Virus record (IMG/VR): IMGVR_UViG_3300009378_000006
DNA length: 20,000 bases
Strand: one strand, 5' to 3'
Origin: an uncultured virus (IMG/VR IMGVR_UViG_3300009378_000006)
Taxonomy: Duplodnaviria > Heunggongvirae > Uroviricota > Caudoviricetes
The notes below the pieces were generated by a model. That model saw only the letters and a list, made by a program, of their open reading frames with translations. It did not search any database and was not told the origin of the DNA. Shown in pieces: positions 8,763 to 16,496 of this stretch. Position numbers and translations under genes: made by a program. Within the stretch, counting starts at the first letter, position 1. The number at the start of each line of letters is the position of its first letter.

Positions 8763-9154
8763 TGGATCCCTGGGTCGTCGTACTACTGGTCATCGCCATC
8801 TGCGTGGGCGCTTCCATCGGGGTGCTCTACCTGATCCCCAGCACCCGGCCGTTCATCCAGAAGTGGTGGCCGGCCTTCCTGGTGGTGGTGCTGTCGCTCG
8901 TGGCAGCGGCCATGGCTGCGGCGGCCCGGAGCAAGAAGCCCACACGGCTGCAGACCGACCTGGACAAGAAGATCGAGAAGGCGAAGGAGGACATCACCGA
9001 CGCCAAGATCGAGGCCGCCATCAAGCACGCCGAGGCTGCCTCCGTCCACGACCACGTGATCGCCGAGCTGGACGAGGCCAACAAGGTCCAGGACGTGTTC
9101 GCGCGCCACGCGGCGAAGCGGACGCTCCTGGAAGAGGCGAGGAGGTCGCCGTGA
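8762..9154 (+). CDS. Membrane protein with two N-terminal TM segments and a coiled-coil tail (holin/spanin candidate)
   Basis: MDPWVVVLLVIAIC...; TGATG coupling to the endolysin. Confidence 0.7.
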   Translation: MDPWVVVLLVIAICVGASIGVLYLIPSTRPFIQKWWPAFLVVVLSLVAAAMAAAARSKKPTRLQTDLDKKIEKAKEDITDAKIEAAIKHAEAASVHDHVIAELDEANKVQDVFARHAAKRTLLEEARRSP

Positions 9155-9711
9155 GCGCCGAGCCCCGAGGAGTGCTGGTCGAGATGGCGGTGATGTTCCT
9201 GCTGGTGCTGATCTGCGTGACCATCGGCGCGTGGCCGGTGCAGGCCCAGGAGGCGGAGGACTACGGCGAGGTCGTGGGCGAGGGCAAGGACACCGACCCC
9301 TTCACCGACGGCTTCGGCCCCCTCCCCCTGGCCTACCGCTGCCCCGACGAGCCGCACCCCGATCAGGGCTGCGCGCCGGGCATGTGGTACATCGGCTCGC
9401 TGTTCGGCGACACCGCCTTCGACCTGGCCATCAAGCACGCCGCCGACGCGCGCAGGTACAAGATGGACTGGGACACCTGCGAGGAGGAGAAGCGGCGCAT
9501 CGAGACGGGCATGGGCATCCAGCTCGACGCCCGCACCAAGCAGTTCGAGAAGGCCGAGCTCCGCGCCTACCGGGCGGAGAAGGCCCAGCCCATCCTCTTC
9601 GGGGTGGGCGTCGGCCTGGGTGTGGCTGCCACCATCCTCATCGTCGCCCTGGTCGAGCGCACGAGTGACGAGCCAGCGGCGATGGAGCCAGCCTTCGGCG
9701 TGAGGTGGTGA
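9151..9711 (+). CDS. Exported protein with signal peptide and C-terminal TM (spanin-like candidate)
   Basis: GTGA coupling; hydrophobic segment ending AWPVQA; helical middle; C-terminal ILFGVGVGLGVAATILIVALV. Confidence 0.7.
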   Translation: MSAEPRGVLVEMAVMFLLVLICVTIGAWPVQAQEAEDYGEVVGEGKDTDPFTDGFGPLPLAYRCPDEPHPDQGCAPGMWYIGSLFGDTAFDLAIKHAADARRYKMDWDTCEEEKRRIETGMGIQLDARTKQFEKAELRAYRAEKAQPILFGVGVGLGVAATILIVALVERTSDEPAAMEPAFGVRW

Positions 9712-10280
9712 TGTACTACTGGGACAACACCATGTACGCGTTCGTCTTCATGGTCCTAACCATGTGCGGCGGCCTCATCATGGCCCTCGTGGGAGGCGTC
9801 GGCTGCTTCGTGCTGGCGATGATGGGCAAGGACGAGTCCACGGGCGAGGTGAAGGTCGGCAAGTTCTTCACCGTCAGGGGGGTGTCCCTGATCGTGCTCT
9901 CCGTCTGCGGCGTCGCCTTGATGGGGTACAGCGTGTACTCCTTCACCCAGATGCAGAAGGGCAACGACGGCGACGTGCCCTACGACTGGGGGTATGCGGA
10001 GGAGGACTGGGGCGACGACGACACCGACTTCGTCCCCATGGACGTCGAGATGGCGTTCGACGACGACGTCGAGGACCCCGCAGCCTCTGTACTGGACCAC
10101 GCCCTCAACCAGGAGGTCGTCGTAGCCAAGGGCGGCCAGCCTGCCTTCCTCGAGCAGCTCGAGTACATCGAGCCCCCGGACCTCGACGACGATGACGACA
10201 CCGTCGGCGACGACGACTCGATGGAGGAGATGCAGCTGCTGCTCGACTCCCTGTTCGACCTGGAGGCGCACGAGCCATGA
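9711..10280 (+). CDS. Membrane protein with two TM segments and a very acidic tail
   Basis: TGATG coupling; D/E-rich C-terminal half. Confidence 0.75.
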   Translation: MYYWDNTMYAFVFMVLTMCGGLIMALVGGVGCFVLAMMGKDESTGEVKVGKFFTVRGVSLIVLSVCGVALMGYSVYSFTQMQKGNDGDVPYDWGYAEEDWGDDDTDFVPMDVEMAFDDDVEDPAASVLDHALNQEVVVAKGGQPAFLEQLEYIEPPDLDDDDDTVGDDDSMEEMQLLLDSLFDLEAHEP

Positions 10281-10501
10281 GCACCCTGACCTACAGCGGG
10301 GACACCATCGACTTCCATGCGCGAGGCATGGCCGACGGCAGCTACGTCGTAGAGGTACGCCAGCGCCGCAAGCTGGACAGGTATCGCGACCCCGGCGGCA
10401 TGAAGGGGGAGGGCGACGTCGAGGAGACCCTGCAGGAGACGGCCGTGGACCGCGCCGAGCTCCGCAAGATCTTCAACCAGTGCTTCCCGGAGGATGCGTG
10501 A
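10277..10501 (+). CDS. Hypothetical protein (74 aa)
   Basis: ATGA coupling; GGAGG RBS. Confidence 0.7.
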   Translation: MSTLTYSGDTIDFHARGMADGSYVVEVRQRRKLDRYRDPGGMKGEGDVEETLQETAVDRAELRKIFNQCFPEDA

Positions 10502-10596
10502 GGCATCGCCGGCTGGGGAGCAAGAAGCGGAAGAAGGCCAACCAGAAGAAGGCCTACAAGAAGGGCAAGGAGCCCCGAGGAGGACGAGGACGATGA
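10498..10596 (+). CDS. 32-aa Lys/Arg-rich peptide
   Basis: MRHRRLGSKKRKKANQKKAYKKGKEPRGGRGR; GTGA overlap at the start, ATGA overlap at the end, GGAGG upstream. Confidence 0.55.
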   Translation: MRHRRLGSKKRKKANQKKAYKKGKEPRGGRGR

Positions 10597-11303
10597 GACG
10601 ACTCGCGATGATCCTGTTCCTGACCGCGGTGTGCCTGCTGATGGGCAACACCGACTGCCACACGCCACCGGAGACCGGCGGTGAGCAGGCCCCCGACACC
10701 CCCATGGACCCGGAGAAGTTCGCCGACAACCTCGAGCTGAGCTTCCAGACGGGGATCTACGGCATCGAGCTGGCCGAGGCCTGGGCCACGGTGAGCACCG
10801 AGCCCAGCTTCGACCCGTGCATGGCCGCCGACCCCTCCAAGGGTGGGCTGACCATCGCCATGGGCTGGGTGGATCCCATCAAGGACGAGTCCGTGACACC
10901 GGACGGGCACCTGACCCTCGAAGGCGGATGGATCGACGTGCAACGCTGTTTCGACATGCACGATGCGCCCGAGGTCTGGCCCCCGGTAGAGCCCAACGAG
11001 CAGGTCATCATGGTCATGCAGTCGACCGTGCCAGCCGCCGTGGGGACCGTGAAGCTGTTCATCATGAGCAACCAGGAAGAGGAGGGCCCGGCCTGTGTGC
11101 AGGCGGAGATCTGGCTGGGCATCCTCGGCGACGACACCCAGGGCCTGGAGTCCTTCATCACCGACACCGTCCTCAGCATGGCGGCAGGTGAGCAGCGGAT
11201 CTGGTTCCCAGGCGTCACCGTCGACTACGAGGGCTGTGGCCTGGACTTCGAGGACGTGACCCTGACCCCTGGCGTGCCCAGCGTGGTGTGGACGCTCGAG
11301 TAG
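10593..11303 (+). CDS. Secreted protein/putative lipoprotein
   Basis: Start MRRLAMILFLTAVCLLMGNTDC: basic-hydrophobic signal followed by Cys; GAGGA RBS. Confidence 0.75.
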   Translation: MRRLAMILFLTAVCLLMGNTDCHTPPETGGEQAPDTPMDPEKFADNLELSFQTGIYGIELAEAWATVSTEPSFDPCMAADPSKGGLTIAMGWVDPIKDESVTPDGHLTLEGGWIDVQRCFDMHDAPEVWPPVEPNEQVIMVMQSTVPAAVGTVKLFIMSNQEEEGPACVQAEIWLGILGDDTQGLESFITDTVLSMAAGEQRIWFPGVTVDYEGCGLDFEDVTLTPGVPSVVWTLE

Positions 11304-11310
11304 CCTGCCT

Positions 11311-12285
11311 GTGACCGAGGTACTGGCCAGCTGCATCATCCCCACCGGCGGTCCCCCAGGGGAGAACCGAGACCGGGTGATGGCATCGGCCGTCCTGTCC
11401 TGCCTCGGCCAGACCGTCAAGAACATCGAGGTGATCGTCGTCGACGACGCCACCACGGACCACACGGCCGAGATCCTCGAGGCCATCCAGTCCTACGACG
11501 ACAGGCTGTCCGTGCTCAGGCTGCCCATGCAGCTGGGCATCTCCGGGGGCCTGCAGCGCAACGAGGGCCTCAAGATCGCCCGCGGCAAGTACATCTGCTA
11601 CCTCGACGATGACGACGTGATGACCCCATGGTCGGTGGAGAAGCGCGTCGAGGTCCTGGAGGCGCACCCGGAGCTGGACTTCGTGTGGGCCAAGACCATG
11701 TTCGTGCGCAACTACATGCCGGGCTGGGAGCACGACGTCTACGAGCGCCTGGTGCCCGAGTTCAAGATCGGGCCGGGCGTGCACTGGAGCGTGGGCACCA
11801 TCATCCCCGACGAGTTCACCCACCGAGCCGGCGTCGTCGGCTCCGAGTCCGGTATCTGGTGGACCCCCGGCCGCGGGGAGGACCAGCGCCTCCTTGCTGA
11901 GATCGTCGATGCCGGGTACAAGGGAGCCCCGGTCGACACGCTGGCCGCCATCTACGGGAGAGGCAACGCCTACTCCACCACACACGTCAAGGACAAGGCT
12001 CAGCGAGCCCGCCTCCTGGCCGCAGAGAAGGACAAGCTCAAGGACGTCGGGGTGCTGACCCCAGGAGACGTCATCGCTCGTCCTCAGCCGGCACCAACCC
12101 GCATGCCTCGCTCGTTCAGCGAGCGGGTGCAGGCCAGAAACCGGAGCAGACTCCGTGCGCAGGAATCCAGGAACGCCACGACCGCGGGGGTGATGCAAGG
12201 GGACGCCGGTGGTTCGCCGGTGCCCGAAGTGCGGCGGGACGATGAAGAGGTACATCTTCGCGAAGCCGCAGAAGTGGAGATGTAG
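11311..12285 (+). CDS. Glycosyltransferase family 2 (GT-A fold)
   Basis: IIPT...AVLSCLGQTVKNIEVIVVDDATTDHT...RNEGLKIARGKYICYLDDDD...GED. Confidence 0.9.
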   Translation: MTEVLASCIIPTGGPPGENRDRVMASAVLSCLGQTVKNIEVIVVDDATTDHTAEILEAIQSYDDRLSVLRLPMQLGISGGLQRNEGLKIARGKYICYLDDDDVMTPWSVEKRVEVLEAHPELDFVWAKTMFVRNYMPGWEHDVYERLVPEFKIGPGVHWSVGTIIPDEFTHRAGVVGSESGIWWTPGRGEDQRLLAEIVDAGYKGAPVDTLAAIYGRGNAYSTTHVKDKAQRARLLAAEKDKLKDVGVLTPGDVIARPQPAPTRMPRSFSERVQARNRSRLRAQESRNATTAGVMQGDAGGSPVPEVRRDDEEVHLREAAEVEM

Positions 12286-12325
12286 CCGATGTCGGAGCGA
12301 ACTCCCAATACGTCCGGGAAGGTGA
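12209..12325 (+). CDS. 38-aa Zn-ribbon peptide overlapping the GT2 3' end
   Basis: GTG start after AAGGGG; MVRRCPKCGGTMKRYIFAKPQKWRCSRCRSELPIRPGR; its stop forms GTGA with an in-frame GTG of the next gene. Confidence 0.5.
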   Translation: MVRRCPKCGGTMKRYIFAKPQKWRCSRCRSELPIRPGR

Positions 12326-12624
12326 TCCCCCTCCCCGGCATGTTGCACCAGCCGGACACCATGCGGGCTGGAGAGGTCAACCTCGCCACGGTACAGCGCC
12401 GAGTCATCGAGGAGGTGCTCCCCGACTTCGAGCCAGGGTTCGATCCGCAGGACCTGCTCGATGACATCGTGGAGCTGCTCAACACGATGATGGCCGACGA
12501 GACCTCGGTGATGTACAACGCCGCCAATGGCAACCTGTACCTCACCACCGTCAGCCCCGAGGGGCTCGAGTACCTGTACGCGTGTGCTCTCCCTGTGGAC
12601 ATCCCCGACGAGGAGATGAACTGA
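12322..12624 (+). CDS. Hypothetical acidic protein
   Basis: ORF 12289-12624 in the track; GTG 12322 preferred because of GTGA coupling; start uncertain. Confidence 0.65.
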   Translation: MIPLPGMLHQPDTMRAGEVNLATVQRRVIEEVLPDFEPGFDPQDLLDDIVELLNTMMADETSVMYNAANGNLYLTTVSPEGLEYLYACALPVDIPDEEMN

Positions 12625-12625
12625 G

Positions 12626-12865
12626 GTGAGCACCGTCTTCCTCCTCCCTCCAGAGGCGTCGCCCCTGCGCAAGACCCTGAACGAGGAGCTGGCGCCACTG
12701 GTTGAGGGGCTGCTGATGCACGCCATCGAGGAGTGCCCAGAGGACCTCGCAGCCATCCTCTCCGTGGACTTCGCGGAGAAGATGCTGTCGCCCAAGATCA
12801 TCTTCGTGCTGCAGAACCACCCCGAGCTGCTCGAGCACCTCTACGGTGGCTGCGTGGAGAGCTGA
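12626..12865 (+). CDS. Hypothetical protein (79 aa)
   Basis: GAGGAG upstream; high GC3. Confidence 0.7.
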   Translation: MSTVFLLPPEASPLRKTLNEELAPLVEGLLMHAIEECPEDLAAILSVDFAEKMLSPKIIFVLQNHPELLEHLYGGCVES

Positions 12866-12866
12866 T

Positions 12867-13151
12867 ATGCCCTGTCAAGACGAAGCCCTGGACGCCCTGG
12901 TGGAGTACAGCGACGCCCTCGAGGACCCGGCCCGGGACCTACACCTGATCGTCTGCGGGGAGGCGGGGACGCTGCCCGTCGACTGCCTCTTCGCGGCAGG
13001 GCTTGGTCACCTGACCGTGGATGTCCCTCTCGTGATTGACCCGCTGCTGGGAGAGCCTCCTGTGATTGACCCGGGTGACCCACCCATCATCCCCGATGGG
13101 CCAGTGGGCAAGCCGGGCGACATCACCGTGGCCACACCGGTGAAGCTGTGA
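12867..13151 (+). CDS. Hypothetical Pro-rich protein
   Basis: MPCQDEALD... after GGAG. Confidence 0.65.
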   Translation: MPCQDEALDALVEYSDALEDPARDLHLIVCGEAGTLPVDCLFAAGLGHLTVDVPLVIDPLLGEPPVIDPGDPPIIPDGPVGKPGDITVATPVKL

Positions 13152-13429
13152 CAGCCGGCGAAGAGCAGCTGGTGCGCCTGGAGCATGGGGGCCGGTCGAC
13201 CTTCCTCCCAGCGCGCCCCCTGAGCCTCATGCTGGGCGCCCTGCCCCAGAAGGCCCTGGCGGTCAGGCATGGGGTCGAACGGCGCACACAGGAGGGCTGG
13301 GAGCCCTTCCCGTTGGACAAGACGCCCCGGCCGGGGGACCACCTGCGCATCGCCGCGCCGCCAGCCAAGGACATGCCCTACCTGCGCAGCCTCGTCGGCA
13401 AGCTCGTGAAGCGAGTAGTTCAGGGCTAA
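13148..13429 (+). CDS. Hypothetical protein (93 aa)
   Basis: GTGA coupling; last gene of the plus-strand block. Confidence 0.65.
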   Translation: MTAGEEQLVRLEHGGRSTFLPARPLSLMLGALPQKALAVRHGVERRTQEGWEPFPLDKTPRPGDHLRIAAPPAKDMPYLRSLVGKLVKRVVQG

Positions 13430-13430
13430 T

Positions 13431-13490
13431 GGGCGGCGACGAGATCGCCCTCCAGGACGGGGCCTGTGTCCCAGAGCCCCGCCGCCGCCC
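13431..13490. terminator. Branched hairpin between convergent operons (possible terminator or 3' stabiliser)
   Basis: GGGCGGCG...CGCCGCCC outer stem with an inner GGGGC/GCCCC hairpin; no U-tract. Confidence 0.4.
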
Positions 13491-13506
13491 GATGAGATAG
13501 TACCAC

Positions 13507-13734
13507 TCAGAAGATGCTCTGGTGGCCGTGGATGAGGAAGCTGTCCGGCCCCACCAGGAAGGTGAGACCGGCGTCAGGTGCCTCGGGTGGGTCCTCGTCC
13601 CAGGGGCGGCGCATCATCAGCTCGAGGCGGACCCCGTGCTGCCATGCGCGCGTGGGCTTGAGCCACTCGATGGAGAGCAGCATCAGCCCTCCCGGGAGGA
13701 GGATTTCGATGTTGTCGAGCGCGTCGTGGTTCAC
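13507..13734 (-). CDS. Hypothetical protein (75 aa)
   Basis: GTG in a GTGA overlap; (M)NHDALDNIEILLPGG... Confidence 0.65.
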   Translation of the reverse strand: MNHDALDNIEILLPGGLMLLSIEWLKPTRAWQHGVRLELMMRRPWDEDPPEAPDAGLTFLVGPDSFLIHGHQSIF

Positions 13735-14657
13735 TTCATCCTCATGCGGAAGAGCTTGGTGCCGCGGGAGATGAGGGCGGTGCCCCCGTCCTTGTGCAGC
13801 AGCATGTCGCCGCTGAGGCCAGTGTCCTCCACGATCTTCATCCCTGTCGAGCTCATCCGGCTGGAGAACACCTCGAGCTTCTCCTCCTCGGTCATGCACA
13901 CGCAGATGCCGCTGTCGAGGGTGACGAAGTTGAGGTTGGTCGCGCCCACGTCGTGCTCGGTGCGCAGGTCGTAGACGCTGCCGTCCGTGAAGCGGAAGAC
14001 CAGCCTGTCGAACTGCCCACCGCGCTCGCCGATGACCATCAGCACGCCGCGGTCGTACTTGGCGTCCAGGATGCGGTAGCCATCGAGCTCCTGGATGCGC
14101 ACCTGCATGTGTGTGCTGGGGGTGGGGAAGTAGGACACGAAGACCGAACCCAGCAGGTTCTGGATGGCGACGCCGGGGTACAGCGTCGTCGAGCGGCCCA
14201 GGATGTGGGCCACCTCACGTGTCTGCGCCAGCTCCTTGCCCCCTGCCTCGCGGAAGGTCACCTCGACGATGGTCCGCCTGGTCTTGGCGTAGAGCCGGCC
14301 GTCGTAGGACATGACGTCGTCGACGTCGAGGGCGAACGCGCCGTAGTTCACATTCATCCGCATGACTGCAGTCATGAGGCTGTGGCCGCGCAGGGTGCAC
14401 AGGACCGGCCGGTTGTCGATGTCGCGGACCACCACGGTCTTGTCGGGCGGCAGTGAGTAGTTGTGCCGCATGTAGAAGGCGCTGGCTGTGGTGAGTACGA
14501 CGTCGTCGTACACCGCGAGGATGGGAGGCCCACCCGTGTCCAGCATCTCGTCGAAGTCCAGTCCAGCGGTGGACACCACCTTGGACACCACCTGCGGCAC
14601 CACGAGGACCATCTGCGGGGTGTCTGGCGGTGCGACGCGCTGTCCGCGCTCGAGCAC
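13731..14657 (-). CDS. Beta-rich C-terminal region of a Ser/Thr kinase-like protein with no kinase domain (possibly a truncated gene)
   Basis: 308-aa high-GC3 ORF beginning (A)VLERGQRVAPP and containing ELDGYRILDAKYDRGVLMVIGE...FDRLVFRF; from memory this matches the region after the kinase domain in a bacterial/phage kinase family. Confidence 0.6.
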   Translation of the reverse strand: MLERGQRVAPPDTPQMVLVVPQVVSKVVSTAGLDFDEMLDTGGPPILAVYDDVVLTTASAFYMRHNYSLPPDKTVVVRDIDNRPVLCTLRGHSLMTAVMRMNVNYGAFALDVDDVMSYDGRLYAKTRRTIVEVTFREAGGKELAQTREVAHILGRSTTLYPGVAIQNLLGSVFVSYFPTPSTHMQVRIQELDGYRILDAKYDRGVLMVIGERGGQFDRLVFRFTDGSVYDLRTEHDVGATNLNFVTLDSGICVCMTEEEKLEVFSSRMSSTGMKIVEDTGLSGDMLLHKDGGTALISRGTKLFRMRMK

Positions 14658-14659
14658 AG

Positions 14660-14812
14660 CCCCTGGCCGCCGGTGTCCTTGATGACGTCCCTGAGCATGC
14701 CAGGGATGAACATGTCGCCGATGTCGATGTCAGTGCTGAAGCACTCCTCGAGGAACATCATGATCTGCTTGGTGGTGAGCACAGGCTCTGTGAGGTTGCG
14801 GTACTCAGGCAT
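14660..14812 (-). pseudogene. 5' fragment of a gene (MPEYRNLTEPVL...) joined out of frame to the downstream ORF
   Basis: About 50 protein-like codons after a GGAG RBS; the frame then continues to 14372 as shadow-frame sequence. Confidence 0.5.
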
Positions 14813-15040
14813 AACGGGTCTCCAGGGGTGGGGACCCCGGACGCGTGGAGGGAGAGCCACGCGCCCGGGGTGCACACGGCCGGCCGAGGAGGCTAGGCCG
14901 GTAGAACCCCCTCCTGTCTTCATCGAACCGCAGGGCCGCGGGGCCGCAGCGGTGGGGGGGAGGGCCGCCCGGCACGCCGGCAGGCCCTACGGTCCGATGA
15001 AGACAGGAGGGAAGAGACGAGCGGGTCTGCTCCGTCTCAT
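14813..15040 (-). ncRNA. Structured leader or sRNA with anti-SD-like loops (family not recognised)
   Basis: 29-bp inverted repeat 14909-14937/14983-15011; hairpins at 14834-14871, 14880-14901 and 15014-15038; the three mismatches in the two long stems are G-U on the minus strand; directly downstream of promoter copy 2. Confidence 0.7.
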
Positions 15041-15042
15041 CC

Positions 15043-15072
15043 TTCTTATCGCATGACGGCCTGTCGTTCTTG
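15043..15072 (-). promoter_or_regulatory. Putative phage-specific promoter, copy 2 (CAAG-N19-ATAAGAA)
   Basis: Motif match; spacer carries a degenerate operator CGACAGGCCGTC. Confidence 0.6.
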
Positions 15073-15077
15073 CAGGC

Positions 15078-15731
15078 CTACTGGGAGGTGAGCGTGAGGG
15101 CCGGACTGGCGTTGAGGGCGGGGGTCACGCGGTTGGTGGTGTAGTCCACGACGACCGGGTAGGGGAAGGTGGTGACCTTGGACTCGATGTAGATGGGCAC
15201 GGTCTCGCCGTCGTACACGCACCTCACCCAGGTGGCGATGGAGTTCTTCGAGGGGAAGAGGCCGTTGGGCTCGGCCTGCTCGGTGATGGCCGCGCTCACC
15301 CCACTGTACCGCTTCCACTCGGCCTTGAGCGGGTTGGTGATGGAGGTGTCGAAGGGGATGGGGTAGCCGATGCTGGGGCAGTCGAACTCCACCAGCCCGT
15401 AGTCGGAGCGCCAGACGGTGTGGGTGGCCACGTTCTCCTGGCGCGCCTGGTAGAGCTGGATGTAGATGTCGCGCTCGAGGGAGTAGTCCAGGAAGGGCAC
15501 CGGCTGGGACTTCTGGTAGTGGTCCATCTGCCGGTTGGTGGCTGCGACATCCTGCTGGTCGGCCGAGGGCGTCGTCGCCGAGCAGCCCATGGTGTTGAGC
15601 TGCGTGCTGCTGCCATCGGCGTTGCGGCCGCTCAGGGCGGCTCCGATGACGGCGAGGATGATGCCGAGGATGGCGACGACGATCATCACCTCGATGAGGG
15701 TGACGCCCTTGCGGTTGTGGAACGGGCTCAT
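15078..15731 (-). CDS. Prepilin-type N-terminal cleavage/methylation domain protein
   Basis: NRKG|VTLIEVMIVVAILGIILAVIG: G-1, E+5 and a hydrophobic helix, i.e. a class III signal; AAGGAG RBS. Confidence 0.8.
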   Translation of the reverse strand: MSPFHNRKGVTLIEVMIVVAILGIILAVIGAALSGRNADGSSTQLNTMGCSATTPSADQQDVAATNRQMDHYQKSQPVPFLDYSLERDIYIQLYQARQENVATHTVWRSDYGLVEFDCPSIGYPIPFDTSITNPLKAEWKRYSGVSAAITEQAEPNGLFPSKNSIATWVRCVYDGETVPIYIESKVTTFPYPVVVDYTTNRVTPALNASPALTLTSQ

Positions 15732-16162
15732 TGGGTCTCCTTCAGGAAGGCGAGCACCGACTCGGGCAGCTCGTCCTCCGGCAGTCGTTGAGCCTCCCGC
15801 TCGATGCGGTCGGCGAGGGTTGCGTTCTGGGCCTCGAGGGCCATGGCCACGTCGGTCAGGCCAGCGGCCTGCGCCTCAGCAGCCTCGACCTGGCCCTCAC
15901 GGTACTCGTCGAGCCAGGTCAGGAGCATCGACTCCTTCCCCTCGACGTACTGGTGGCTGTGCTTGGCGACGTCACGCTCGACCTCGGCCACCGCCACCTT
16001 GGACTTGCCCTCCAGCTTGATGATGGAGGGCTTGACGCTGAACCAGACCACGAGGAGCACGACCACCACAGCCAGGCCGCCGAGGCCCCAGATGATGGCC
16101 TTGGAGAAGAGCCAGCTGTCGCTGGGTCCGTGTTCATCGTAGTCGTCTTCGAATCGGGACAT
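15728..16162 (-). CDS. Single-TM membrane protein with a helical soluble domain
   Basis: IIWGLGGLAVVVVLLVVWF TM segment; GGAGG RBS; coupled to the pilin-leader gene. Confidence 0.8.
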   Translation of the reverse strand: MSRFEDDYDEHGPSDSWLFSKAIIWGLGGLAVVVVLLVVWFSVKPSIIKLEGKSKVAVAEVERDVAKHSHQYVEGKESMLLTWLDEYREGQVEAAEAQAAGLTDVAMALEAQNATLADRIEREAQRLPEDELPESVLAFLKETQ

Positions 16163-16193
16163 GGGTGTTCCTCCAGTGTGGGGTACGGACGTG

Positions 16194-16496
16194 TCAGTCC
16201 TTCATTCCGAACCACTCGAGGTCGTCGGGTGGGTCGCCCAGCTCCTCGGTCTTCTCGGCGATGTAGTCCTTGACCTCCTGCGGGAGGCCAGCGCTGAACA
16301 ACATCGCCTCGGTGCGCCCACTGCCGTTCCACCGTGGGTCGCTCTCGCTGCTCACGGTCCAGCTGCCAGGCTTGGGTCCGAACATCACGCCCCGGATGTT
16401 CACCTCCGGGTTCCACGGGCACTCGCCGCACTCCTTGGCGGGCCCTCGCACCTTCACCCCGCACTCGGGGCACAGCCCATGTCTGTGGTCTCTCAT
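16194..16496 (-). CDS. Hypothetical Zn-ribbon protein (100 aa)
   Basis: MRDHRHGLCPEC...CGEC; ATGA coupling; GAGGAGG RBS. Confidence 0.75.
   Translation of the reverse strand: MRDHRHGLCPECGVKVRGPAKECGECPWNPEVNIRGVMFGPKPGSWTVSSESDPRWNGSGRTEAMLFSAGLPQEVKDYIAEKTEELGDPPDDLEWFGMKD

Noticed and set aside
11215..12801. 528-aa minus-strand ORF
   Set aside because: Shadow of the GT2 and downstream plus-strand genes
14909..15011. 29-bp inverted repeat as a MITE, tRNA or retron ncRNA
   Set aside because: No target-site duplication, no T-loop/CCA pattern and no reverse transcriptase in the window; the G-U pattern favours another kind of structured RNA
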